Origin: Candidatus Dojkabacteria bacterium
Lineage (GTDB): Bacteria; Patescibacteriota; Dojkabacteria; JAOAGR01
Direction of reading: 5' to 3'
DNA: 64,000 nt
NCBI GenBank assembly: GCA_025999155.1
Contig: AP026679.1
Span: 666,561 to 730,560 of the forward strand
Shown: positions 10,063 through 20,913 of the stretch, piece after piece
Layout: every line of letters starts with the position of its first letter
How positions within the stretch are numbered: position 1 is the first letter of the stretch
Notes under the pieces: model-generated
What the model saw: the letters and a program-made list of their open reading frames with translations, nothing else
Database searches by the model: none
Told to the model about the DNA's origin: nothing
Position numbers and translations under genes: made by a program

Positions 10063-11544
10063 ATGTTTACGCCAATCATAGGTCTTGAAATACATTTGCA
10101 ATTAAAGACAAAATCTAAGGTCTTTTGCTCCTGTCCGACTAGTGAAGCAGATCCTAATACTAATATTTGCCCTATTTGTTTGGGATATCCTGGAGCAATG
10201 CCTAATCTTAACAAAGAAGCTGTGCTACAAGCGATACGTATGGGTTTAGCATTAAATCTAACTATTGCTAGAAAAACTAGTTGGGATCGTAAGAATTATA
10301 TGTATCCTGATTTGTTCAAAGGTTATCAAATTAGTCAATTGTATGAACCTATTTGTGGAGAAGGATCGGTAGAGGTAATAGTTAGAGACCGTAATAATTA
10401 TCATTCAAAAAATTTTTATACGAAAAGTATTGGTATTTTCCGGGCCCATTTAGAGGAAGATACTGCCAAATCAATACATCAGGATGATAAGACTTTATTG
10501 GACGGAAATAAGGCGGGTTTACCATTACTTGAAATAGTATCGAAACCGGAAATGTACTCTGTGGATGAGGCTGTATCTTTTGCAAAAACTATTAGAAATC
10601 TTGCACGGTGGTTTAATGTATCGGAATGTAATCTTGAAATGGGTCACATGCGATTTGATGCTAATGTTTCATTGTGTATTGATGATGTAGACATTCAAAA
10701 TAAAACATATGAACAATGGAAAAATACGATTAGATTTACTCCTATAGTAGAGATCAAAAATTTAAATTCTTTTGGTAATTTACAGTCCGCCCTGGAGTAT
10801 GAAATTAATCGACAGATCGACGAGTATAATCGCACAAAAAAGATTTACTCGGTTGGTAGCAAAGAAACACGAGGGTGGAATGAGCAACTGCAAATTACAT
10901 ATTCTCAAAGACAAAAAGAAGAAGTCAATGAATACCGTTATATTCCTGAGCCTGATATACCTGAATTACATATATCTGACGATGACTTGGAAAGTATTAG
11001 AAATGAAATGCCAAAACATCCTAATACAGTGAGGCAAGAATTGTCACTACAAAATATTCCTTTACAAGCGATTGATGTATTAACTGAAGAAAGAATCTTT
11101 TACGATATATTTGTCAAAATTACTCAAGGTGATGGATCCATCAGTCAAAAAGTTGCCAATACGCTCACCAATGACTTAGCATCAGAGGTACGAAGTTTGC
11201 ATGGTTCTCAAACACTCGACGAATGGATCGAAGGATTAAGAAAAGTATTTGAAGCCTTGAATAATAACACGATTTCTTCGACGGAATTTAAGACTATTTT
11301 AAGAAATCACAAATCCGGAGAGAATGATTGGTTGACGTTATTAGATGAAATAGGTAAAGCAGAGTCTATTGATGTTAAAGAAATTTTAAGAGATGCATTT
11401 CAGAAGCATGCTCATGTAGTCGAACAGATCAAAGCAGGTAAAGAAAGCGCGAAAATGTTTTTTGTGGGTATAGTTATGCGTGAGACGAAAGGGAAAGCTG
11501 ATCCTAATCAAGTCAAAAAATTACTTGAAGAAATGTTGTCCTAA
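10063..11544 (+). CDS. gatB: Asp-tRNA(Asn)/Glu-tRNA(Gln) amidotransferase subunit B
   Basis: IGLEIHLQLKTKSKVFC, RKNYMYPDL.KGYQISQ, HLEED, MRFDANVS, VEIKNLNS, YRYIPEPD. Confidence 0.97.
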   Translation: MFTPIIGLEIHLQLKTKSKVFCSCPTSEADPNTNICPICLGYPGAMPNLNKEAVLQAIRMGLALNLTIARKTSWDRKNYMYPDLFKGYQISQLYEPICGEGSVEVIVRDRNNYHSKNFYTKSIGIFRAHLEEDTAKSIHQDDKTLLDGNKAGLPLLEIVSKPEMYSVDEAVSFAKTIRNLARWFNVSECNLEMGHMRFDANVSLCIDDVDIQNKTYEQWKNTIRFTPIVEIKNLNSFGNLQSALEYEINRQIDEYNRTKKIYSVGSKETRGWNEQLQITYSQRQKEEVNEYRYIPEPDIPELHISDDDLESIRNEMPKHPNTVRQELSLQNIPLQAIDVLTEERIFYDIFVKITQGDGSISQKVANTLTNDLASEVRSLHGSQTLDEWIEGLRKVFEALNNNTISSTEFKTILRNHKSGENDWLTLLDEIGKAESIDVKEILRDAFQKHAHVVEQIKAGKESAKMFFVGIVMRETKGKADPNQVKKLLEEMLS

Positions 11545-11615
11545 TAATATTTTTTTTTGGTATCTCGATTTCGTCTGACTTTATAAATTAGGATTATCTC
11601 AATATAATTGTCAAT

Positions 11616-13490
11616 ATGGAGCAAAATTACATCAGAAATTTTTGCATAATTGCTCATATAGATCATGGTAAATCGACGCTAGCTGATAGATTACTTGAGA
11701 TAACAAATACTATAGATAAACGTAAGTTACATGATCAATATCTTGATACTTTAGAGTTGGAGCAAGAAAGAGGTATTACCATTAAATTACAAACTGCACG
11801 TATGCATTACAATTTGGATGGGCAGGAATATATTTTAAATTTAATTGATACCCCAGGACATGTTGATTTTGCTTATGAAGTTTCACGTTCGCTTGCCGCT
11901 TGTGAAGGGGCTGTATTACTAGTAGATGCAACTCAAGGTGTAGAAGCTCAAACTATATCAAATGCTTTTAAAGCTTTAGAACACGACCTTACAATTATAC
12001 CTGTAGTAAACAAGATTGATTTACCAAACGCGGAACCAGAGAAAAGAGCACAAGAAATGTGTGATTTACTGGGTTTTCGCATGGATGAAATCATTTACAC
12101 TTCTGGTAAGACCGGCATTGGAGTCGATGAATTAATTAGAGCTATTATACAAAGAGTACCTCCACCTAAAGGTAGTAAAGATAATCGTTTGCAATGCTTG
12201 ATTTTTGATTCGTTTTTCGATGAACATAAAGGAGTTATTGCTCAGGTAAAGGTTGTCAATGGAGAAATTAAACCTGAGGATTTAGCAAGAAAAAGAAAAT
12301 TAAGGTTCATTGCTACGCAAAACGATATAGCACCGTTAGAGATCGGCTATGTTACACCTATTTTTATAAAAAGTGATGGTTTGAAAGTAGGTGAGGTAGG
12401 ATATATAGCTACCGCCCAAAAAGATATACAACAAATTAGTGTAGGAGATACGGTGACGTTTGCGGATGAGCCGGCTGATGCTTTGGTGGGTTATCAAAAG
12501 CCAAAGGCAATGCTTTTTGCCAGTTTGTATCCGACAGACGCTGATCGATACTCTGATTTTCGGGATGCTCTGGAAAAACTTGCTTTAAATGACGCATCTT
12601 TAAGTTATGTTCCAGAAGTCTCTACTGCTTTGGGTGCTGGTTTTAGGTGCGGTTTTTTGGGGCTTTTACATATGGAAATAGTTCAAGAAAGACTTGAACG
12701 AGAATACAATGTAGATCTAGTAGTTACAGCACCGTCAGTAGAGTATAAGGTCAAACTGTATAAAGATAAGGTGGCTCGTAATAAAGATAAATATCATATT
12801 TTTGAAGAAAATGGAGAATATTATGTTAAGATTACATCAGCAGCGGAGTTACCGGAAGAAGCTTTAATTGAGGAAATTCAAGAACCTTGGTGCGAAGTCG
12901 AAATTATCACACCACAACAGTATATCGGCGACATAATGCAATTATGTCAAGAAAAACGAGCGATATATAAAGATACTGTCTATGTACACACTTCGAGTAA
13001 TGTATTAGCAAGTAATAGAGTGATTATAAAGTATGAAATGCCTTTTCATGAAATTATTACAGATTTTTTTGATAGATTGAAATCTATATCGCATGGTTAC
13101 GCTTCTTTGGATTATAGATTCAAGGGTTTTATTGCTTCAGACATTGTTAAATTAAGTATATTGATCAATGGGCAAGTAATTGATGCCTTATCGATGCTCA
13201 TTGAACGCAAGAAAGCTTTATATGAAGGTAAAAGATTAGTAGAAAAACTTAAAACTTTAATACCTCGCCATCAGTTTAAGATTCCTATTCAGGCCGCTAT
13301 CGGGTCAAAAGTAATTGCTCGAGAAGATATACCCCCTTATCGTAAAGATGTGCTCAAAGGTTTATATGGTGGAGATCATCGTCGTAAAATGAAGCATCTT
13401 GAACGACAAAAAGAGGGTAAGAAAAGGTTAAAACAATTTGGTTCTGTGACCATACCGCAGCAAGCATTTCTTGCTGTATTAAGACAATGA
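11616..13490 (+). CDS. lepA: Elongation factor 4 (LepA)
   Basis: IRNFCIIAHIDHGKSTLADR, GFRCGFLGLLH, QKEGKKRLKQFGSV. Confidence 0.98.
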   Translation: MEQNYIRNFCIIAHIDHGKSTLADRLLEITNTIDKRKLHDQYLDTLELEQERGITIKLQTARMHYNLDGQEYILNLIDTPGHVDFAYEVSRSLAACEGAVLLVDATQGVEAQTISNAFKALEHDLTIIPVVNKIDLPNAEPEKRAQEMCDLLGFRMDEIIYTSGKTGIGVDELIRAIIQRVPPPKGSKDNRLQCLIFDSFFDEHKGVIAQVKVVNGEIKPEDLARKRKLRFIATQNDIAPLEIGYVTPIFIKSDGLKVGEVGYIATAQKDIQQISVGDTVTFADEPADALVGYQKPKAMLFASLYPTDADRYSDFRDALEKLALNDASLSYVPEVSTALGAGFRCGFLGLLHMEIVQERLEREYNVDLVVTAPSVEYKVKLYKDKVARNKDKYHIFEENGEYYVKITSAAELPEEALIEEIQEPWCEVEIITPQQYIGDIMQLCQEKRAIYKDTVYVHTSSNVLASNRVIIKYEMPFHEIITDFFDRLKSISHGYASLDYRFKGFIASDIVKLSILINGQVIDALSMLIERKKALYEGKRLVEKLKTLIPRHQFKIPIQAAIGSKVIAREDIPPYRKDVLKGLYGGDHRRKMKHLERQKEGKKRLKQFGSVTIPQQAFLAVLRQ

Positions 13491-13901
13491 TACACGCCGT
13501 ACATGTATTTGCATACCTATAGGTCCGTCTTTGCAACGTAAATTGTAAGTCCCGGTTTGGGAAATACGTAAAGGTATTTTTTCAAGTTGGTTATTTATTT
13601 TTGTGTTAATGTTCAATGTCTCGATTTCTATCTCGTCACATTGAACAAATAATCCTTTTCTAATAATAAGTACATATTCTTTAATTGGTTCTATTTGTAT
13701 CGAATTTGGTTGAAATCCAAACAGATTGATGTTGATGTTTATTTCATTAGTTTTTGAATAATCTATTGGGGAATTGTCTGTCCAAATTAGACCTCCCGCA
13801 TAGGCTAAGAAAGCTATACTCAAAGCAACAAATAAAAAATAAAATAGATATATCTTGAAGATAGTTTTTTTTATAAATTTTAATTTTTTTGGTAATCTCA
13901 A
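13479..13901 (-). CDS. Membrane-anchored cupredoxin-like domain protein
   Basis: TM segment then GFQPNSIQI...C...GTYNLRC; resembles the protein at 28407-28856. Confidence 0.55.
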   Translation of the reverse strand: MRLPKKLKFIKKTIFKIYLFYFLFVALSIAFLAYAGGLIWTDNSPIDYSKTNEINININLFGFQPNSIQIEPIKEYVLIIRKGLFVQCDEIEIETLNINTKINNQLEKIPLRISQTGTYNLRCKDGPIGMQIHVRRVSLS

Positions 13902-13952
13902 GATGTAAATATACTAAGTAAAACTCTAAATAGAATCAATCTGAAGACAATT

Positions 13953-14615
13953 ATGGACGTGAAAATTCATCCGAGCTGGAAATCTGTTTTGGTTGAAGAG
14001 TTTAATAAGCCTTATTTCAAGAACCTTGTAGAATTCGTCAAATCGGAATATGCTACGAAGACAATTTTTCCCCCAGGAAAATTGATATTTAATGCATTTG
14101 AACAAACTCCTTTTGATGATGTCAAAGTTGTTATTATCGGACAGGATCCGTATCATGGACCAAATCAAGCTATGGGGTTATGTTTTTCTGTACCTGAAGG
14201 TATTCCTTTACCTCCATCTTTAAAAAATATTTATAAAGAAATCCTTGATGATCTTGGTAGACCTTCAATTACACATGGAGATTTGACTCCATGGGCTAGA
14301 CAGGGAGTATTTTTATTAAACTCTGTACTTACCGTAGAAGCAGGTAAACCTGGCTCACATCAGGGTCACGGTTGGGAAATATTTACTGATGCAGTAATAC
14401 GTATTTTATCAGATCAAAAAGAGAATTTAGTTTTCATACTTTGGGGAGCGTATGCACAAAAAAAAGGTATTCTAATTAATAAATCGAGACATTTTGTAAT
14501 AAGCTCAGCCCATCCCTCGCCTTTATCTGCACATAATGGTTTTTTTGGTTCGAGACCTTTTTCTAAGACTAATGAGTATTTGGTAAGAATAGGAAAGAAC
14601 GAAATATCTTGGTAA
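13953..14615 (+). CDS. ung: Uracil-DNA glycosylase, family 1
   Basis: GQDPYH, PPSL.NI, LLN, HPSPLS. Confidence 0.98.
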   Translation: MDVKIHPSWKSVLVEEFNKPYFKNLVEFVKSEYATKTIFPPGKLIFNAFEQTPFDDVKVVIIGQDPYHGPNQAMGLCFSVPEGIPLPPSLKNIYKEILDDLGRPSITHGDLTPWARQGVFLLNSVLTVEAGKPGSHQGHGWEIFTDAVIRILSDQKENLVFILWGAYAQKKGILINKSRHFVISSAHPSPLSAHNGFFGSRPFSKTNEYLVRIGKNEISW

Positions 14616-14637
14616 AATCTAATGCAACAAAGCCTGG

Positions 14638-14662
14638 CAAAAGCTACCATAAATATGGTAGC
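14638..14662 (-). terminator. Hairpin between convergent genes, probable intrinsic terminator
   Basis: GCTACCAT-AAAT-ATGGTAGC with an A-run on its left (U-tract on the minus strand). Confidence 0.5.
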
Positions 14663-14672
14663 ACCTTGACGT

Positions 14673-15110
14673 TTACGTGCTATCCTTCGCAGAACCACCA
14701 TTTGTATAATAATAGTTTTGATATTGAAAAAGCTTAACTAGGAAGTAGATCGATATAGGAAGCAGGAATATTATGGAGACACCTAATGACAGAGATGTCA
14801 TCAATGTAAACACTACCTGTAACAGCCATACTCTTTTACTCAATTTTTTGTTAATAAAACTAAGATAGAATCCTATACCAAATAGTGATCCAAATATTAT
14901 TATACCAGCACTAAATAAAATAATCGCCGAAAAAAGTATAGCGTTAGTAGCGAAATCACTCGTGACCGAGTTATCTGAACCACCTAATAAAGCAACCGTT
15001 AAGGTAGTTAATAAGCATACATCGACTAATAGGAATAATAAAAGTAATATTGTAGAAGAGATGTTAAATATACGTAATCTTTCAAAAAATTTTATATCAT
15101 TCGAATCCAT
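14673..15110 (-). CDS. Integral membrane protein
   Basis: 145 aa with 3-4 hydrophobic segments. Confidence 0.65.
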   Translation of the reverse strand: MDSNDIKFFERLRIFNISSTILLLLFLLVDVCLLTTLTVALLGGSDNSVTSDFATNAILFSAIILFSAGIIIFGSLFGIGFYLSFINKKLSKRVWLLQVVFTLMTSLSLGVSIIFLLPISIYFLVKLFQYQNYYYTNGGSAKDST

Positions 15111-15377
15111 TTCACACTCTTCATAGCTATTTTACCTTAATTGCGTTCAAAGTGAAAGAATTTTCATGTACAGTATTTTGCAGATATAGGAAAGGATTTG
15201 GATATACATAGACTATGGAGTTATATTTAAGACGAATTATGTGAATAAAATATCTTATTTTCTTGCCTAAACTAGCGAACAGAGTGTTTGGTAAATGTGA
15301 TGGAAAAACTAAGTTATATTGTTATTATATCAAATTTATTAAACTATCTTGGCTAGAGATCTATCTGTACTTTGAGC

Positions 15378-17156
15378 TTATGTTAAATGTTGAATTTTAT
15401 TAAATAATGGTTGTGTGTTTTCGGATAAGCTTATGGAGTGAAACTCGTTTAAATCAAGTAAAAAATAATTTTTAACTTGTGTTTTTGTCGAATCTAATTT
15501 TTGTAAACCTAGAGCATCGCTTATACGATCGCTTGCGTCCGGTAGAAAAGGATTTATAAGTATTCGTAGTACGTAGACTAACAACAAACTATTATAAATA
15601 GTTTTCTCGCATTCATCGGGATGTTCTGATTGTAATTTCCAGGGAGCCTTACGGTCAAAATAAACATTACTTATCTTACTTAGTAGAAGGACTAATTGTA
15701 GTGCGTGTTTAAAATTCATGTTTTCTAAGTTTTCTGAAAATAACCTAAAAATATTTTGATTTTCAGAGTCACCGAGTAACAATCGTTTGATATTAAGCAC
15801 ATTCCCAATTGTTTTGTTATCGGTAGAGATTTCAAAAGGAGATTCATCAATTATTCGATTTTCTGGTTTGATTTGGTTTATAGATTTAATTCGCAATTTG
15901 TTTTGAGCAAATGTAGTAGTCCTATGAATAAAATTACCTATATTACTTACCAAATCATTATTATAGACAGAGAGGAAGTCGTCCCATTTCCAATTAGCAT
16001 CACTGTTTTCTGGCATTATTGAGGTAAGATAAAAGCGTACTGCATCCAGCCCATATTTTTTCACTATTTCTTTGGCATTTATATAGATTCCACGACTTTT
16101 TGAGAATTTTTGCCCTTCTAAATTTAAAAATTGGTTTACAGGTACATTATCTGGTAGTTTAAGATTTTCATTTTGGCCTATAAGTAGACTCTGCCACCAG
16201 ATAGTATGGAAAAATAAATTATCTTTGCCAACAAATATATAGTGTTTTAAGAGAGCATCATCATTATTCCACCATTCTTTTATGAAATCTTCATAGTTTT
16301 TCCCTATAGATTCAGCAAAAGCTATTGATCCACTAAAGTATCCGATAACTGCGTCAAACCAGACATAAAACCTTTTATTATCTACATTGTCTAATATTGA
16401 TTCTTCTGCAATATTTTCTTGAGGAATTTCTACACCCCAATCTAAATCCCTAGTGATTGAACGAGGTTGCAGATCTTCTAGCCATGAATATGCTTCTTTC
16501 CAGACCCATTCCCGCCATACTTGTGATTTGTCACGTATATACTTTTCTAGAAAAGATTTAAATTTCGGTAAATCTACAAAATAATGTTCAGTTTCTTTAA
16601 GCGTAACGGGATTTTTTGTAAGTTTAGCATAAGGATTTATTAACTCTCCCACTTGTAAGCTACGGCCGCATGCTTCACATTGATCGCCTCTTTGTTCTTT
16701 TGCATGGCAATAAGGACATTCTCCTTCCACGTATCGATCAGGTAGAAATCTATCATCAATTTCGGAATAATATTGATATGTCTTTTGCTTTATTATATAG
16801 CCATTGTTAAGTAAATTTGTAAAAAATTGTTGAGTGACTTTACGGTGTATGTCAGTATCAGTTTTCGTAAAAAGATCAAAAGATATCTTATAGACGTCAA
16901 GAAGTAATGAAGTTGTACGAGGTCCATACTTTTCTACGATATCCCTAGGTGTGAGACCTTCTTTATCCGCTTGTATGGTGATCGGTGTGCCGAAGCAGTC
17001 GTTTCCGCTTACCATAATGACATCTTCGCCACGGAGTCTTTTGTACCTAGCGAATATATCAGCTGGTAAATAACATCCTGCGATATGTCCGGGATGTAAT
17101 TCACCATTCACATAAGGCCACGCTACACCAATAAAGTTTTTTTGCCCTCCCATCAT
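15378..17156 (-). CDS. metG: Methionine--tRNA ligase, short form without the C-terminal tRNA-binding domain
   Basis: WPYVNGELHPGH (HIGH-like), CPYC...GDQCEAC zinc knuckle, YVWFDA, KFSKS. Confidence 0.97.
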   Translation of the reverse strand: MMGGQKNFIGVAWPYVNGELHPGHIAGCYLPADIFARYKRLRGEDVIMVSGNDCFGTPITIQADKEGLTPRDIVEKYGPRTTSLLLDVYKISFDLFTKTDTDIHRKVTQQFFTNLLNNGYIIKQKTYQYYSEIDDRFLPDRYVEGECPYCHAKEQRGDQCEACGRSLQVGELINPYAKLTKNPVTLKETEHYFVDLPKFKSFLEKYIRDKSQVWREWVWKEAYSWLEDLQPRSITRDLDWGVEIPQENIAEESILDNVDNKRFYVWFDAVIGYFSGSIAFAESIGKNYEDFIKEWWNNDDALLKHYIFVGKDNLFFHTIWWQSLLIGQNENLKLPDNVPVNQFLNLEGQKFSKSRGIYINAKEIVKKYGLDAVRFYLTSIMPENSDANWKWDDFLSVYNNDLVSNIGNFIHRTTTFAQNKLRIKSINQIKPENRIIDESPFEISTDNKTIGNVLNIKRLLLGDSENQNIFRLFSENLENMNFKHALQLVLLLSKISNVYFDRKAPWKLQSEHPDECEKTIYNSLLLVYVLRILINPFLPDASDRISDALGLQKLDSTKTQVKNYFLLDLNEFHSISLSENTQPLFNKIQHLT

Positions 17157-17295
17157 TGTTGAGAATTAAGATAGAAAAACGCTTATTTGAGTATATTATC
17201 ATATCGTTTACAAATATTATAGTGTGGTAACAACTCAAACCGGCGAGAAAGACAAAAAGCACTTATACGACTTATCAATTTTCACATTAATCACA

Positions 17296-18444
17296 TTATT
17301 TTTTATCTTGTTCTATAAAGCTTGAAGCTATGTCGTATACCAATGGTATTTTATGTTTGTTTCCTAGATAAGCTTGAGCTCCAGCATAAATCAAGTTTGT
17401 AATACATATGACGTTCCATAGTGTTGCCAAAGTAAATCCATTACCTGCTATTAATGGTGCTCCCGTACTATTGAGAATATATAGCACTAATAACCAAAAT
17501 ATTTGGGCAATGACGCTTTGTCTTGCATGCCACAGGACTTCTTCAGAATTAGGAGCCTTAAATATAATTATGAATACAGCAATTACAGGTAGAACGTATA
17601 ACACTAATTTTAAAATTTCATAAGTATCAATCTCAAGTTTAGTATTTTGTTTTTGTAATTTATTGTACTGTTCTTTGTAGACTTCTGTCGCTTGTGTAGG
17701 TAATGGTTGATCGTTTTCTATAGCTTGTGTTTTTAGATCTGCGTAACTTTCGGGTCTATGAGGGATTTTAATATTATTTGGATTAATATACTCGATTTTT
17801 GGTAAGGTACTTTGTGTGTTTTGCGTATGGGGCGTGTTTTGCACAGCAGATTGAATATTCAAAGATGATGGATTTTGTGTTCCTTGCTGAGTGGTATTTG
17901 CTTGAGCAACGTTATCAGAAATCGGGTTTGCGGCAATGCGAGAATTTGTATTTGTTGATGATCCTGCTCTGTTGGATACATTATCGAAATAGCGTGCATA
18001 GTTGTTATTGTTTTGCTTTGTATGATTGACGAGATGATTGACTGTGGGGTTAGGCTGTATTGATGGCGAAATAGAGGCATTCGTGTTAGAAGTATTGATC
18101 GTAGAGTTGTGTGGCTGTTGTAGTGTGTTAGATACGGCAGTATACTGTGGCGATGTGGTTGAAGCAGGTTGATACACACTTTGTGAACTAATATTTTGCC
18201 CTGGTATTGGGTGCGTTTGATTGCTTGTTGCAGTAAAATTCGTACTTTGGTTACTTAAATAACTGTGAATTGGTAGTGAGTTGTTCGGTGCTGGTTGTGG
18301 CATCTGGTGGGGTTGCGAATTATTTATGTTTACTTGTCCAGGAGAACTTACTCCAATTTGCCTGCTTTGTACTACGTTATTATTGCTACTAGAATACCGA
18401 TAATTAGCCTGGTTATCATTCACGTTTTGTGTTTGATTGGGCAT
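17296..18444 (-). CDS. N/Q/S/T-rich low-complexity protein with a C-terminal DUF4870-like membrane domain
   Basis: ~270-aa polar low-complexity N-terminus; C-terminal LYVLP...VLWHARQS...AYLG..HKIPLV. Confidence 0.7.
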   Translation of the reverse strand: MPNQTQNVNDNQANYRYSSSNNNVVQSRQIGVSSPGQVNINNSQPHQMPQPAPNNSLPIHSYLSNQSTNFTATSNQTHPIPGQNISSQSVYQPASTTSPQYTAVSNTLQQPHNSTINTSNTNASISPSIQPNPTVNHLVNHTKQNNNNYARYFDNVSNRAGSSTNTNSRIAANPISDNVAQANTTQQGTQNPSSLNIQSAVQNTPHTQNTQSTLPKIEYINPNNIKIPHRPESYADLKTQAIENDQPLPTQATEVYKEQYNKLQKQNTKLEIDTYEILKLVLYVLPVIAVFIIIFKAPNSEEVLWHARQSVIAQIFWLLVLYILNSTGAPLIAGNGFTLATLWNVICITNLIYAGAQAYLGNKHKIPLVYDIASSFIEQDKK

Positions 18445-20054
18445 TATCGTATGCCTAATACAACAAGAATATCTTCATTAATATTCGGGTCATATACCGC
18501 CTTTGCTGATGGATAACGGTTTTCTATAAGTTTGACTATTTCTTCCGCTAGATTTTTTGACCTTTGATCTTTAAAACTGACGGTCGTGGTAGGGACATTT
18601 CGTTCCTGAGCATTATCAGGAGCTTTCGTGATAAAACCGTTCGATTGAAGTATTCCTGTAACAAGACTAGCCTCGCCAGGTCTATTATTACCATTTAAAA
18701 CCAAAACTTTTACATCGGACTTGGTAAACATTGGAGTAGGTGTTGCTGTCGGAGTAACCGTTTGTGTCGGAGTAGGTGTCGGTGTATTAGTTTGAGTTGC
18801 TGTGATAGAAACATTTGTTGTGGGTGTTGTGCTACTGATTATTGGTAATTGGTTTCCGTTACTTTCTGACCTTTGTGCTACTCGTTCTGCTATACGCCAA
18901 CCTGCGTAGGCTATTGAGCCTAATAGTACAATACTTAAAAGTATTGATATAAAAGTGGTTTTCAGATTCCAACGATTTTCCATCATGGAAAGATTTTTAT
19001 ACTGTGTGTATCTGTTAGACATTGTCGTTAATGTATTTGCAAAAGTACTTGAATGCATTGAATTTTCAAGTTGAGATTTGTTTTTAATCTGGGATAAGAC
19101 GCCTGGTGCGGACTGTTGTTGTTCGATAATTCGTGTTTGGAGAAAACCTTTGTTGAAATCTGTTCTCATGGAGCATTTAATGAGTCCTTTTAAAACAATT
19201 AGTGAGATGTAATCATGTTCTGGGACTACAGGAGCGTCAGAGGGTATCCATGCAAAATCCAAACCCGTTCTACGTAAGTACATTTGTAAATTTTCAGAAT
19301 CATGATTTGGAGACTCTAGTACGAGAACTTTTTTTACACCTAATGCTATATCTCTGGATTTCTTCGCAAATTCAACGATCTCAAGAATCGCTTTGTCAAG
19401 ATTCGAGTCTGGTTCTATCAAATTATGGCCCCATATCGAATCTAAATAAACTCCATTTTGATCTGCAATAAAGAATTTATAACTTTTCCCTGAGGGATAA
19501 AGTAGTAGGGTAGGAGCTACAAATTGATCTCTTAATTCTTCCCATATGCATTGAAATGTTGGAAAAATAGCTGTAATAGGAATTTCCAGAGGTTCTAATA
19601 ACTTCAAGAATGGATCCAGATGTTCAGTCCTGATGGCATTAGCTAGATAAAATACTCGTTGATTCAAATCATGGATGGGTCTGTTAATAAGATATAGTTT
19701 CGATATTGGACTATTAAATTTATCCTCGATAATTTTTTGGAGTTCATACTCGTTGGTATGATTTTTTTCTTTTATAATGTCAAAGTTTGTAATTTTAATT
19801 TTATTATCTGGGATAGCAAACCAGGCTGCATCTATTTTGCTTTGATTTCTCGAGACCGAAGTGATAAGGTTCTTAACAATCTTTTGTAAATGTTCTATAT
19901 CGTAGATAATACCTTCCTCCAAAATACCACTTTCAACGCTTATCTCATCAAATGCGAGTATGTCCACTCTGCGCCCTGTGATTTTTGAAAGCGCACAAAA
20001 CACCCTGGTTCTTGTAAATTGCAAGCACGCTATTATTCTAGGTGTAGAGAACAT
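18444..20054 (-). CDS. PilM/FtsA-like domain + TM + Thr/Pro linker + LytR C-terminal domain
   Basis: GILEEGIIYDIEHL...AWFAIPD (PilM-like); VKVLVLNGNNRPGEA...DILVVLG (LytR_C). ATG at 20054 lies downstream of a TTGACA-17-TATATT promoter (20093-20065). Confidence 0.7.
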   Translation of the reverse strand: MFSTPRIIACLQFTRTRVFCALSKITGRRVDILAFDEISVESGILEEGIIYDIEHLQKIVKNLITSVSRNQSKIDAAWFAIPDNKIKITNFDIIKEKNHTNEYELQKIIEDKFNSPISKLYLINRPIHDLNQRVFYLANAIRTEHLDPFLKLLEPLEIPITAIFPTFQCIWEELRDQFVAPTLLLYPSGKSYKFFIADQNGVYLDSIWGHNLIEPDSNLDKAILEIVEFAKKSRDIALGVKKVLVLESPNHDSENLQMYLRRTGLDFAWIPSDAPVVPEHDYISLIVLKGLIKCSMRTDFNKGFLQTRIIEQQQSAPGVLSQIKNKSQLENSMHSSTFANTLTTMSNRYTQYKNLSMMENRWNLKTTFISILLSIVLLGSIAYAGWRIAERVAQRSESNGNQLPIISSTTPTTNVSITATQTNTPTPTPTQTVTPTATPTPMFTKSDVKVLVLNGNNRPGEASLVTGILQSNGFITKAPDNAQERNVPTTTVSFKDQRSKNLAEEIVKLIENRYPSAKAVYDPNINEDILVVLGIR

Positions 20055-20110
20055 AGTTTGAATCAATATATTTTTTTAGATAGACTTTGTCAATTCATTT
20101 TTATGACACA

Positions 20111-20845
20111 TTACTTAACAGATGAAATCAAATGTCTTGTGAAATCAAGTACATTGGTTTTCATGAATTCTATAGGACTTTCATCGTGTCTACAATAAAT
20201 CGATAATTCTGTGTTATGAACAAAATAGTTTGCTATAGATGGGGCGTCGTCTATTTCCTGTTGTGCAATTTGCATTCGTTGATCTAAATTGTTTCTCTGG
20301 GAGTCAAACCTATTCATCAAGGACTGAATACTATCAGGTAGTATAAATAAAATAATGACGTTGGCTATACTGTTACATTGCTGCTTAAGCGCTCTAGCGC
20401 CATTATTCTCTACACTGATTATAGAATTACCTTTTTGTAGGGACTCTACAATGTTTTTTCGAGGAGTGCCATATACATTACCTGCAAAAATATTGTATTC
20501 CAATAAGTCGTATTGCTTTTGAATTCTATGCGCGTAGGATGATATATCCTCATTTGGCAAGGGTTTTTCTGTTATCCATGTATATTCGCTTATATTTTCA
20601 TTGTCACGGGGAGATCTGGATGTTGCTGTGATAACTCTATGATAATATGACTCTAGATGGGTTAAAAATGTGGTTTTTCCACTGCGGGTGGGTCCGGTAA
20701 TGACAAACAAAAAAGGCAAGTTAGCGTTTAATACCAGGTTTTTCTTTCTATTTTTATAAATGCCTGGAAATTCTGTTTCCTCACAAGTTTGTAGAAGATG
20801 CAAGATCTTTTCGTCGATATTACTTAATAATGCCGAAGTTAGCAT
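20111..20845 (-). CDS. gmk: Guanylate kinase
   Basis: GPTRSGKTT, TATSRSPRDNE, LEYN..GNVYGTP, FILP.S. Confidence 0.8.
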   Translation of the reverse strand: MLTSALLSNIDEKILHLLQTCEETEFPGIYKNRKKNLVLNANLPFLFVITGPTRSGKTTFLTHLESYYHRVITATSRSPRDNENISEYTWITEKPLPNEDISSYAHRIQKQYDLLEYNIFAGNVYGTPRKNIVESLQKGNSIISVENNGARALKQQCNSIANVIILFILPDSIQSLMNRFDSQRNNLDQRMQIAQQEIDDAPSIANYFVHNTELSIYCRHDESPIEFMKTNVLDFTRHLISSVK

Positions 20846-20913
20846 GTGCTTTACCTGTAATTTCCTTTTGGATTTTACATTTTAATTATTCAAAAATTTT
20901 TTTACAATAAACC

